From NCBI GenBank assembly GCA_965219415.1, contig CBDCNP010000002.1, positions 64,001 to 128,000 of the forward strand: a stretch of 64,000 nt of DNA, in the 5' to 3' direction. Origin of the DNA: Candidatus Marinacidobacterales bacterium. Lineage in GTDB: Bacteria; Acidobacteriota; Vicinamibacteria; Marinacidobacterales; DATDRI01. A program made the translations under genes and the position numbers. Positions within the stretch are counted from its first letter, which is position 1. Every line of letters starts with the position of its first letter. Positions 1-10,925 of the stretch are shown here, one piece after another. The notes below the pieces were generated by a model that saw nothing but the letters and a program-made list of their open reading frames with translations, searched no databases and had not been told where the DNA came from.

Positions 1-1
1 G

Positions 2-556
2 GATTTCAACTCAGTCGATGACGTAGAAGGCAGTTTGATACCGCTGGCCGACCAAGTCCGTCGAGCGGTCGCCTGGGTTTACCGCAACGCCAAGAGCTTT
101 GGGGGAGATCCCGATCGAATCTACGTTTCAGGACATTCGGCGGGCGGACATCTCGCCGGCGTGGTCCTCACCACCGACTGGCAAAGCCTCTACGATCTGC
201 CGCCGAACATCGTGAAGGGCGGCCTCTGCTGCAGCGGGATGTTCGATTTGGAGCCGGTGCGGCTCTCGGCGCGGAGGCACTACATCAAATTCACCGACGA
301 GATGGTGGAGACGTTGAGTCCGCAACGGCATTTCGACAGGCTCAACGCCCCGATGATCGTAGCCTACGGCTCCCTCGAGACGCCCGAATTCCAGCGCCAG
401 TCGCGGGACTTCGCCGCCGCGGCCAAGGCGGCGAGTAAAGACGTGGAGCTTGTCGTCGCCGAAGGATACAACCACTTCGAGATCATCGAGACCCTGGGCA
501 ATCCCTATGGTGTCCTGGGCCGTGCTGTACTGGAGCAGATGGCCTTGGCGGGATGA
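2..556 (+). CDS. alpha/beta hydrolase, arylformamidase/carboxylesterase-like (5'-partial)
   Basis: GHSAGG nucleophile elbow and NHF His near the C-terminus; frame is open from position 2, so the start lies upstream of the window. Confidence 0.85.
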   Translation, partial: DFNSVDDVEGSLIPLADQVRRAVAWVYRNAKSFGGDPDRIYVSGHSAGGHLAGVVLTTDWQSLYDLPPNIVKGGLCCSGMFDLEPVRLSARRHYIKFTDEMVETLSPQRHFDRLNAPMIVAYGSLETPEFQRQSRDFAAAAKAASKDVELVVAEGYNHFEIIETLGNPYGVLGRAVLEQMALAG

Positions 557-703
557 TGCGTGCCGCAGCACAAAACTATCGAACCAAAGGAGGCCGCCAG
601 GTCGAAACTTCGTCTCCATCTATGAGAGCCGGGAGCCAGCGGACCATGGAAGCCCGGCGCGCGTTGACCCGATCTAGCTGCAGGAGTAGATTGAAGGTGG
701 GGA

Positions 704-1078
704 TTGGGATTGATTCGCGTAACGGTGGGCTTGAAACGACCAGGGGCGGAAAATAGTGCCTACGAAGCTCTTTTTCTTGTGGATTCAGGCGCGACGGACT
801 CCATGGCTCCCGGCTCTAAGCTCCGACGCGTAGGGATCGAGTCGATCGGCAAGATGAGCTACGAGCTCGCCAATGGGAACCTTGTGGAATACCCCTTCGG
901 GCTCGCTCAGATCGAGTTCATGGGTGAAGTGACAGCCGGACGTGTAATTTTCGGGCCCGAAAGGACGGAGCCGATTTTGGGAGTCACGGCTCTGGAATCG
1001 GTCGGTATCGTCATCGATCCCACTAACCAAACCCTGAAGCAACTACCCGCTATACCTCTCAAGCGCGCCGTGGCCTGA
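704..1078 (+). CDS. clan AA (retropepsin-like) aspartic protease
   Basis: LVDSGAT catalytic motif and PILGVTALE motif; 124 aa. Confidence 0.85.
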   Translation: MGLIRVTVGLKRPGAENSAYEALFLVDSGATDSMAPGSKLRRVGIESIGKMSYELANGNLVEYPFGLAQIEFMGEVTAGRVIFGPERTEPILGVTALESVGIVIDPTNQTLKQLPAIPLKRAVA

Positions 1079-1095
1079 AGACGTAGCTCTTCCGT

Positions 1096-2268
1096 CTACT
1101 CCGCCTTGACGATCAGATGCTCGATGTCCTTCAACGCAGCAATCAGAACTTCGATGTCCTCCGGCGTGTTGAAGTAGTGAAAGGCAGCCCGGATGTTACC
1201 TTCCCGGCCGGTGATGACGATGTCTCGCTTGGCGAGCTCGCCGAGTGCAGTCTGCAAGTCGTGGGATGAAACAGAAACGTGCGGGCCGCGTTTCGCCGGA
1301 TCGCGTGATGTCGCTACCAAGAATCCTTCCTCGTTGCAGCGCTCGATGAAGTGCGCAGTTAACGTCTCGATCCAAGGACCAATCTTCTCGAGGCCCACCG
1401 ATTTTATGAGCTCGATCCCAGCCAGACTGTCGAATATCGCGGGAAACGCCGCCGAGCCGGCCTGGAAGCGTCGCGCATCGGGCGCTTCCTTATGCTGCTC
1501 GATCTGGAAGTCGTTGAAATCTTCCTGCCCGAACCAACCCGTCGCAGCGGGATGCAGCCGATCGAAAAGACCCTCGCGCACATAGAGGAGTGCGAGTCCC
1601 GGCGAGCCGAGTAGGTATTTCACCGTCCCTGTCATCAGCACGTCCGCACCCATCTCCTGAACGTTGATGGGCCGAGTCCCGCAGCATTGATAGTCGTCGA
1701 CTACGAACAGGATGTCGTGAGCACGACAACGCTCGGCAACGGCCGGCAGGTTCAACCGGTGAGCATTGTTGTAGTACACATGAGATACCGTGAGGAGCTG
1801 AACTTTGTCGTCGAGGATATCGTCGAAGGCTTCCGGCGGCATTTCACCGTCCTGCGCTCGCGCCCGCCTCACCTCCACTCCCCGAGCTTGGTAGGCCAGC
1901 CATAAGTAGACGACCGACGGGAAGCTGAAATCATCAAAAGCCACCGCGGGGCGTTCTCGCCAATCGAAGCAAGACGCCAGCCCCCCCATGGCAACCGAGA
2001 CCGAGGGCACGATGGCGATCTCGTGCATCTTTGCGCCGATCATGTCGGCAAACGATGCCCGCAGCTCTTCGTGTTTCGCGGCCCAAGCGGCCCACGGGGC
2101 CCCCTCTCGGTTCCAGGCGTCCATGTACTCCTGCACCGACTTCATCCCGTCGCGGCTGAGTGCGCTCCGTGAGTTGTTCGCAAGATGGACCTTGTGCTCC
2201 AGGATGGGAAACTCTTTCCGGAAAGTCAGGACTTCCCGAGGTGCGCTCACCAATGTGCTGTCTGACAT
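1096..2268 (-). CDS. aminotransferase class V PLP-dependent enzyme (kynureninase/cysteine desulfurase-like)
   Basis: VVDDYQ PLP Asp, GTVKYLLG Lys, RAAFHYFN C-terminus; start placed at ATG 2268 after a purine-rich RBS. Confidence 0.85.
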   Translation of the reverse strand: MSDSTLVSAPREVLTFRKEFPILEHKVHLANNSRSALSRDGMKSVQEYMDAWNREGAPWAAWAAKHEELRASFADMIGAKMHEIAIVPSVSVAMGGLASCFDWRERPAVAFDDFSFPSVVYLWLAYQARGVEVRRARAQDGEMPPEAFDDILDDKVQLLTVSHVYYNNAHRLNLPAVAERCRAHDILFVVDDYQCCGTRPINVQEMGADVLMTGTVKYLLGSPGLALLYVREGLFDRLHPAATGWFGQEDFNDFQIEQHKEAPDARRFQAGSAAFPAIFDSLAGIELIKSVGLEKIGPWIETLTAHFIERCNEEGFLVATSRDPAKRGPHVSVSSHDLQTALGELAKRDIVITGREGNIRAAFHYFNTPEDIEVLIAALKDIEHLIVKAE

Positions 2269-2438
2269 TGCCTCTCCCCTAAACAGTGTTTGTAGCCAGC
2301 CGGCATTGTAGACCAACGGCCGACTCGTCCAAAAAGGCTACCGGAGGGAACCTCCCTCCCCTTCCCTACACTAGTCAAGAACATGGATAACTCGACTCCC
2401 GACCAGCGCGCCACAGCAGCTTTGAGAGGAGGTACCTC

Positions 2439-5400
2439 ATGCAGCGTCTAGGCTTTTTCCAGCGTGTTCTCCTTGCGCTATTTCTTGGCCTGCTGGGATC
2501 CGAGCCGATCGCCGCTCAAATCCGGCCCCCCTGGGGCGTCTTGACGGTGATGCCGGCCACGAATATTGGGGCCCGATTGGACCGAGACCGTTGTCTCGTC
2601 GCCTCGGTGGGTCCGGCGGCAGCGGTCCAGTGCGGCGACCTGCGGGTACTCCACAAGCTGCCACCCACGGTACGGACCTTCAACGCGCCTCGCAACGGTG
2701 CCCTCGTTTACAACAGCGGCCTTGCTCACCCTTACCCTCTGGTTGCAGCCAACGTGAGCGTCATCGGTCCCAGAGGGATTAGCAACGTTCGCGTCTACCT
2801 TGTTGTCAATGGCGCCACGAAGGCCTTCAAGAGCTATTCCGGTAACAGCTTTGGCGGTTCGACTCGGATCGTCATTGGCTACGATGCCGCGAATGAGCCC
2901 ACCGGGGCGTACCCCTACACCCTGGTGGTGTTCGCCAATTTAGGAGGCTTCCCCAGCGTCAGCTTCATGTCCGGGACTTTGGTCGTGGTGCGAAGAAGTG
3001 AGAGTCGGTACGGCGCCGGTTGGTGGGTCTCGGGCGTCGAGCAACTCTACTTTCCTGCCGGAAGCAACGACATTCTTTGGGTTGGGAGTGACGGGAGCTA
3101 TCGGGTCTACGCACCGACTGCCGCTAACCACTGGCAGGCTTCGACGCTCGATCGCATCGACACAATTAGGTGGGATGCCAGCCTGAGCAGGTACGTCCGG
3201 GAGTTACCGGGAAGGGCGAAGATCCAATTCGACCGTGACGGTCGTCACAGCGAGACGGTAAGGCGAACCGGACAGACGACCCGTTTTGAGTATGCCAGCG
3301 GCGCAACCTCCCCCGAACACGAGAGGCTTTCAAGAATCTGGCTTCCGATCCCCGGTGGCGAGGAGCTGGCCTACGACTTTTTCTACGGCGGCGATGGGCT
3401 CCTGGACCGTGTGCAGGCTCCGGGACCGGACGGTTCGACTCGGGTGACCGAGATTCGTCGAAGCGGCACTCGGGTGACCGAGATTCGTCGAAGCGGCACC
3501 CGGGTGGACGAGATTGTGGATGCCGACGAGTTATCGGTCGGGTTCGGCTATGGCGCCGCCGCGGGCATGAACCGAATGATGTCACGCACCGGCCGAGCCG
3601 GCTATACGACGACGTATGCATACGGGGACGCCGGTAAGGTAATCGCGTCGACGCATGGGATGCGGGGAACCGGCCCGGACGTCGGCTTCGATATCACACC
3701 TTTCGAGACCGTCGGCTTCCGCTCTGGCGAAAGCGCCGCCACAGCCCATGCGCTCATCGACGGGCCGCGGACCGACGTCGCCGACACGACCGAGTACTAC
3801 TTCGATAGCACCGGCGGCGTTGCCAAGGTGCTCGACGCACTCGGCAATGAGACCAAATTAATCCGACAGGATGAACGCTTTCCCGGGCTAGTGACGCGTG
3901 TCGAACTTCCAAACGGCCACTCCGTGACGGCCGGCTACGATGACCGGGGCAACGTGCTCTCCATCGTGAATGGTTCCACAGGGGCCATGTCGAGCTTCGA
4001 GTACAGGAACGCCCTCTGGCCGGATTTCGTGACGCGAATCGCCCAAGCCGAAGGAGAGATCACCGAGATCGGCTACGACAGCCACGGTAACCGTGTCTGG
4101 CAGCAAGACGGGTCTCTAAGTCCGGCCAGTCGGGTGGAGTTTATCTCCAACTCCGACGGGCAAGTGATAGAAGTTCGGCTACCCCTATCCGGGCCACAAA
4201 GGATCGAATACGATCGATTGGGCAACGTGCACGCGAAGGTATCCGGCCTGCTCTTTCGTACCGAACTGACCCCCGATTCTCTGGGCCGGGTAAGAGTGAT
4301 CAAGAGCCCCATCGATGAAGCCCAGACAGCCTTCAAGTACGAAAGGATCGACTACGACGTCTTCAATCGGGTGATACACAAGGAAACCTCCGCGGACGAC
4401 GCACCCTATTTCAACGAGTCCGGAAGACAACTTCATGCCAGTGTCGGCACGCTGGTCGTCGACAACGAATACGATGAGGAAGGCAACCTCAAGCTTGTCG
4501 CGCGGCAGTCCAACTCGGACGACAACCGCATTGGCGTCGTGAAGACCTCTTACGTCTACGACGGAATGGGACGCAGAGTATCTGAGATCGCGCCCGACCA
4601 AAACGTCGAAACCACAACCTACGACGCCGCGGGCAATGTCGTGGCGGTGACGCCGCGCCTCAGTCGAGGCCCCGCCGAGGCGATCACGATGCAGTACGAC
4701 GAGCTGAATCGTCTGAGCATACGGACGGTTCCGGCGGTGGTTTACAGTGTCCAGACACTGGCAGTGAAGAACGAGAATTGGGTTTTTCCGCGTCTTAGCA
4801 ACAGCATCGGCGGTGGGCTGATGGTCCCCCAGGATGTGCAGATGTTTACCTACGACGCGATGGGCAACATGCTCACCGCTCACAATCTGTACGCCCGAAT
4901 CACCAGGCAGTACCTGCCGGACGGACAGTTGAGCTCCGAGCGTCAGGAGGTACGGAACTACACCGATGGTGAGTTTGGCCTGCACGACTACTACCTCGAG
5001 TACGACTACGACGGGAACGGTCGCAGGACCGAGATGCGAGCCAAGCTGGGAGTCAACTGGACGGGATTCCTGCCGACCGCGTACCAGTACAACGCCCAGG
5101 GGCGTCTCGAGCTCATTACATCGCGAGGCAAGAGGTTTCACTTTGCCTACGACGCGGAAGGTAAGTTGCAAACTTTCACCCGACTCTACGGTTCCCGTGA
5201 TCCCATCACGGAGAGCTCTGTGTACGACGTCGATGGCCGCCTTCTGCAACGAAAAGTGGAGGCCCGCAAGCTCACCGGGACACGGCCGTGGCCGGATGCT
5301 CTGCTAATGGACGACTACTACACGTACAACGCGAAAGGACAAAGACTGCGTGTGGATGATCTGCTCGGGGACGTGTGGGTGGGCTACAACGGCCTCGGGG

Positions 5401-7195
5401 CGCTGCGTGGAGCTCCAGTCAGCGCGATTTCACCGGCCGACGCTCGGGGCGCACCTGGTCCAACGAAGGCTACGCGCTCGATGCCTTGGGCAATCAGGTG
5501 ACGATGTCCCGAGAGGGACAGCCCGATCCGGACGACCCGCTTTTTGCGTGGGCGGATGAGTCTGCAAGATACGCCTATTGGGATGATGGAACCGGTCGTT
5601 TGTTTCAGCAGCTGAGGAGTATCGGCGCCGGTTTGCGGGAAACGGTCTATTTCTATGATGAGGCTGGAAACACCGTAGACGTCCAGGGTCAGCATGGCGC
5701 GTTTCAGGAACGCACGCACAACTACTACGGACTTGACGGCAAACTCCAATTCGTGGACAAACGGTCCTGTATTTTTGGAGCGGAGAACAAAAAGGATCCC
5801 AATTTCGGCTGCGCGTTGAGCGGTCAGTTGCCTGGGTACAGCGACCGACCGACGTTCGAAGAGCATTGGTACGACGCCCTGGGTCGACGCATTCTGCGGC
5901 GCAATCGCAGTTGGATTCGGGGCTGCGTAGGACCCAATTGCGACAACGTGATCATGCGTTTTGTCTGGGATGGCGACCAGGTCCTGCACGAGTCCCGTTA
6001 TCCGGGGCACGACTCCAACGAAACTCCCGACCTGCTCGATGAATGTAGCGACCAGGTGGATCCCAACGACGACTATTTTCCGCTCGATCTCGAACGAGAT
6101 TCCGGAACCATCGACTTATCGACCGTTACAAAGTGGGAGCCGCGCGGATGTGAAGAATTGATCGGACAGAACTTGTGCTCCGATGCCTGTCAGCCGGTTC
6201 GCCAACCACAGCGGCACTTCCCCTACGGAACCGTGACCTACACGCACGGGCCGGGCATCGATAGACCACTTCTCATTAACAGGCAGAGCTACAGTCCGGG
6301 CCGTCGCGGGAACATCCTTGTCATCCCGCTCACCAATTGGCGTGGAGACATCGATCGCGCCGCCGATTCGCAGGGCGGTTGGCTGGACTGTCAAGGAAGC
6401 ACTCCGACTTTCGGTTGCATCGAGACAGAGTGGCCGGGTGAGCGATGGTGGCTGAATCACCGGCTGCGTCGAATGTACGACGACGGTCCTACGAGTTGGA
6501 TGGACGATCTCGTCTACAACAAGCTCGACCCGTCGGGTCAGATGTACATGCGCAACCGGTACTACGATCCCAACACCGGTCGCTTCACCCAAGAAGATCC
6601 GATTGGGATCTCCGGTGGCTTGAACCTCTACGGGTTCGCGGATGGCGATCCGGCCAACTCCTCCGACCCGTACGGGCTTTGTCCACCATGGACGGATTGT
6701 CTCGCGCAGGGCATCGCAAATTGGGGCGCGCGGCGCGGCGGCGTGCTCGGGGGGTTGGCACTCAACACGGGTGCGGCGTTGAACGCGGTCTTCGAAGCCT
6801 CAGGTGTCAACGACGCCGCAGCCGCAGGGGATGCGATCGGGCGGGGTGAATTCGCTCGGGGCGCTACCATGCTTGCCCTATCCCTCCCGATCGGCAGGCC
6901 CGCCAAACCGGCTAAGGCGGCCCGCGCCCTTCAGGGAACTACCGTCCTCGGCCACATTTCCGATACCCGTCGCCTCGCAAGAAATCAACCCGGCGTCAAC
7001 GTTCTCGACGTGGCAGGAGACACATGGACATACAGGCTGAACATCCGTTTCTTGGATGAAGCCATCGAACGGGGCGATAGTTTCTACCTCGCGACATCGC
7101 AGGCTAGACCTAGCTCTATCTTCGAAAGGGAATTGAGCTATCTCAGGAAGCGCGGATATCGGCGCCGGGGTGACTACCTGGTCAGGGATCCGTAG
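2439..7195 (+). CDS. Rhs/YD-repeat polymorphic toxin with N-terminal signal peptide; one frameshift near 5405
   Basis: GAGGAGG RBS; signal-peptide-like N-terminus; many YD repeats (YDxxGN/R); ORFs 2439-5501 and 5375-7195 join; core end RYYDPNTGRFTQEDPIG...DPYGL followed by a 171-aa tip. Confidence 0.9.
3438..3515 (+). repeat. 30-bp in-frame tandem duplication inside Rhs (TRVTEIRRSG x2 plus partial copy)
   Basis: actcgggtgaccgagattcgtcgaagcggc at 3438 and 3468; degenerate third copy at 3498. Confidence 0.95.
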
Positions 7196-7226
7196 GAGAC
7201 TTCTCGGCGGCTGGCGGCGTTCGGTG

Positions 7227-8252
7227 TCATGAGATCGGTACTTGCCGCCATCCGTCGCTCTCTGTAAACTCGCGGGCGGCGAAGACCCAAATGACCATCT
7301 TCTTGTTGGTCCAATATTCCGGCGTTGCTTGAGCACGCCGTAACAGATTGATTCTCGCGGCAGTCGCCCCTGAGCCTCGCACGCCTACGAGGTCGACGGT
7401 GAAGCCCAATTCCAAGGCGAGCTGGTCGGCGAGGCCAGCTCCCTCGGCGTGCATGTCCCCTCCGGCATGGAACACGAGCGTGTGGCTGTCGCCTAGCAAG
7501 ATGACCGGGCTGGAAGGATCGGGTTCGGATCCCACGAAACGCAGCGGGAGTTTTTCTTTAGCGCGCGAGGGATCGTTTAAGGCAGTCCACAGGTCGCCGG
7601 TAATCTCCACCGTTTTCCACTCACTCTGAAAGGTTATTTTTGGGACGTCCTCCAACTTGGTCCGGACCGAGTTGGCAATCTCCTCCGCCGCAAGCACCGT
7701 CGCACTCCCCGACCAATGTGTGTCCTGTTGGCAATACATGTAGCCCTTCGGATGCTCTCGGTTGGAGATGAATAGCGGCGTCAGATCCAGGACCTTGATG
7801 CCCTTCTCACGAAGGATCTCGTAAAACGCCTGATGGTGGATATCGAGGCGTGGCGAGGGCTCGGCCGCAGAGGGAAGTTGGTCCGGGTAAACGATGGCCT
7901 TCGGGGGTACCGGCACGAGCACGAGCTCGACACCTAGCTCGAGTAGCTGTTTGTGAAAATCGAGGATCGCGGGGAGCGGGTCCGCCCACTCGGGGCGTCT
8001 CGCCTTGCTCACGTCGGCTGCGGCTTCTCCCCAAAACTTTTCCACCGCTAGGTGGCGTAGCTCGGGGGCAAAAAACAACCATCCCTCAGTTCCCTCGACA
8101 ACGATACTTCCCTGCTCCTCGGCTGCTTGAGCGAGCGCCGCCCATTCGGAGAAAATTTCGCTCAGTGCGGGAGGCGGAGGGTCTGCGCTAATGCACGACG
8201 AAAGCATGAAGGCGAGGCCTGCCGTTACGCGCATTGACAAACGGATAGACAT
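7227..8252 (-). CDS. AlgJ/AlgX-like SGNH O-acetyltransferase (probable lipoprotein)
   Basis: EGWLFF, VPVPPK, DTHW and LLGDSH motifs; LSSC lipobox-like sequence; start uncertain (8252 or 8234). Confidence 0.8.
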   Translation of the reverse strand: MSIRLSMRVTAGLAFMLSSCISADPPPPALSEIFSEWAALAQAAEEQGSIVVEGTEGWLFFAPELRHLAVEKFWGEAAADVSKARRPEWADPLPAILDFHKQLLELGVELVLVPVPPKAIVYPDQLPSAAEPSPRLDIHHQAFYEILREKGIKVLDLTPLFISNREHPKGYMYCQQDTHWSGSATVLAAEEIANSVRTKLEDVPKITFQSEWKTVEITGDLWTALNDPSRAKEKLPLRFVGSEPDPSSPVILLGDSHTLVFHAGGDMHAEGAGLADQLALELGFTVDLVGVRGSGATAARINLLRRAQATPEYWTNKKMVIWVFAAREFTESDGWRQVPIS

Positions 8253-8310
8253 TCTGGAAAGGTGAACCCGAGCGCATTCTACCAACAATCCACGTAGACA
8301 GGAGGAAGGC

Positions 8311-9058
8311 ATGGTTCTAAGCGACAAACAGCTCGAAATGTGCGAATCCAGCAAGTGGGACTTCTCCGATCTCAAGGCGTTATTCCTCGACTGGCACCTT
8401 GAAAAAGTCCCCCGAGCTATCACATACAGACGGGCTCATCAGGATCTCTCGAGCCATCATGGAGAAAAACGGCGTTTCGGTAGACGTGCTGCGTCCGGTT
8501 GACCACAAGATTGCTTATGGCGTTTATGGAGACATGACGGAGCACGGTTGGCAGGAAGACGACTGGCCTCAAGTTTATGACAAGGTCGAGGCTACCGACA
8601 CACTCGTTATCACCTCTCCGATTTGGCTGGGAGAAAAATCGTCCGTCTGCACGAAAGTCATCAAGCGACTCTATTCGACTTCCGGTGACCTCAACGAACG
8701 CGGGCAGTACGCCTACTATGATCGTGTGGGCGGCTGCCTAATTACCGGCAACGAAGACGGCGCCAAGCACTGCGCGATGAACATCCTGTATTCGCTCCAG
8801 CACCTTGGTTATGTCATTCCGCCTCAGGCCGATGCGGATTGGTTGGGTGAAGCCGGACCGGGCCCCTCGTATCTCGACCCCGGGTCTGGAGGTCCCGAGA
8901 ATGAGTTTACGAACCGCAACACGACCTTCATGACGTGGAATCTGCTTCACATGGCCCGTATGATTAAGGACGCGGGCGGCATCCCGGGGCATGGGAACCA
9001 GCGCTCAAAATGGGACGCCGGTTGTCGCTTCGATCACCCGAATCCTTTGTACCGTTAG
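8311..9058 (+). pseudogene. flavodoxin-family / NADPH-dependent FMN reductase, frameshifted near 8393
   Basis: ORF 8311 (…DLKALFLD) joins ORF 8399 (TLKKSPELSHT…SPIWLG…GNEDG) if one G is removed from gactggcacc. Confidence 0.8.
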
Positions 9059-9074
9059 AGCGGGTGCCGACGAC

Positions 9075-10359
9075 TTATTGCGACTCCGGTTCTGTCTTCC
9101 CTCGAGCTGACCGGTGGTTCTTGTAGACCCGTCCGCCCTTCATGACGAAGACGACGTTCTCGACGTTCGTGATGTCCTCGACGTTCGTGATGTCCTCGAT
9201 GGGGCTACCCGCGGTGGCGATGATGTCGGCTTCCATTCCGGGTGCCAGGGTACCGATCTGATTCTCTAGGCCGAGAGACTCGGCCTAGCGGGAGGTCGCA
9301 CTGATGATGGCCTCCATCGGGTCTTGACCGCCGTCCCGAACCCGATACACGAACTCTCCATGGTTTTTTTCGTGAAGTCCGCCTAGAGCGTCGCTGCCGA
9401 ATACGATTTTGACGCGCTTCGCGAGGGCGCGGCGAAACGTATCCAGTCCAATCGCCATACCCTTGTCCATAAATTCAAAACCCTCTTTGGTGTAGTTGTC
9501 AATGCCAACGAACTTCGGCTGATTCGTGAGGTAGTAGTCGAGGAGAAGAAACTGAGGGTCGTAGAACGTGCCGCGCTCCACCATCAGGTCGAGGACGTCG
9601 TCGGTGAGGGCGTTTCCGTGCTCGATCGTCGTGCAGCCCGCCAGCACCGCGGCCCGAGCGCCGGCCGCCCCTTGGGCGTGAACGACCGAACGTTTTCCTA
9701 AAGCCTTGGCCTCTTGGCAAGGCGGCTTGGATCTGCTCGTCCGTCATCGTCTGTTTGCCGCCGTCACGGATACTCGCGGTCGCGAAGAGCTTGACGACGT
9801 CCGCCCCCTCTGACACGGCATTCCGAACGAACTCACGGATCTCTTCGGGCGAACCGGTGCTCTTTCTGGCCATGCCGATGGTCAGGAGAAGACGCGGTCC
9901 GGGATTCCCCTCTGCGATCCAATCCCGGAGCTCGCGATCGAGAAGGGTTCGATCGGGTAAGGCTCCCAAGCTCTGGACGGTTGTGAAGCCCGCCATCAGA
10001 TGGGCGTAGGCGTTCGTCGCACCGTAGAGAACGTAGCGTGAAGGGGTTTCATCAATCTCCGATGTAAGACCATGAAATCGATCGTTCGGCTCCATGTAAG
10101 TGCCGATGTGAACGTGGGTGTCGATCCATCCCGGCATGACCGTCAGGTCGCCGAGGTCGTAGGTGACGCCCTCTGCAGCCTCTGAGCCGACGCTCAAGAT
10201 CTTGGAGCCCTCGAGCACGATAGTGACGTCGTGCAGGGTACCGCCCTTCCCGTCCAAGAGCGTCCCGGCGTTAATGACGATGCGTTGCGTCTGCACTCCG
10301 CGAGCGAGCTGCGGTAACAGGAGCGCAACCAAGAGCGGCAAAACGGATCGCCACATCAC
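9075..10359 (-). pseudogene. metal-dependent amidohydrolase with signal peptide; frameshift near 9720, in-frame TAG at 9285, 18-bp duplication
   Basis: PGWIDTHVH, TIEHG and FGSDA motifs; frame continues past the TAG as AESLGLENQIGTLAPGMEADII…VMKGG to TAA at 9075. Confidence 0.85.
9159..9194. repeat. 18-bp perfect tandem duplication (EDITNV x2)
   Basis: ctcgacgttcgtgatgtc at 9159 and 9177. Confidence 0.95.
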
Positions 10360-10634
10360 GCTTTCACCTCCGGCTTCGTCAGGGACAGCAAACGAAAGCT
10401 CGCGACAAACACGACTGCCACGCAGACCGCGGAGACCAAGAACGTTCTGCTTTGCAAGGCCTCATATAAGATGCCACCAAGGAGCAGCCCGACAATGCTC
10501 GCGGCGCTTCCGACGCTACTTGCGAAACCCTGCACCGCCCCTTGATGTTTGTCGCCGGCGACTCGAGAGAGGATGGCAAGAAACGACGGCCACATAAGAC
10601 CATTGCCAAGAGAAAAGAGGCTCGCACCCACGAG
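10356..10634 (-). pseudogene. C-terminal fragment of an MFS transporter (TetA/MdtG-like last helices)
   Basis: GNGLMWPSFLAILS…QGAVQG…SIVG…GG pattern; no N-terminal part present. Confidence 0.7.
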
Positions 10635-10846
10635 ATCACGACGTCCGGCTCGGCTTTCCGCACCGCCTCCTCCAGTCCTGTCGTGTCATAGACGTCGCAC
10701 TCGACGGGGTCGGCGCCCAACGCGACGATCGCCTTAGCACGGTCCGGACTGCGGGTCATGGCGGTCACCGTGTGGCCCGCTTCGACTAGGCGCGGGACGA
10801 GCCGCCGGCCGATGACTCCCGTGGCACCCGCTACGAATACCCTCAT
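10635..10846 (-). pseudogene. N-terminal fragment of an NAD-dependent epimerase/dehydratase
   Basis: MRVFVAGATGVIG Rossmann motif; similarity ends abruptly after PDVVI. Confidence 0.8.
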
Positions 10847-10925
10847 TTGTCTTCTCCTACCTCGGCCCCATCATACCTATTCAATCGGGCATCCTGTGTC
10901 GTACCATTGGGGTCGGAGGGATACT

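Noticed and set aside
6878-7336. Overlapping ORF as the Rhs immunity gene
   Set aside because: It is antisense to the toxin tip, overlaps the AlgJ-like gene out of frame, and has no protein-like features.
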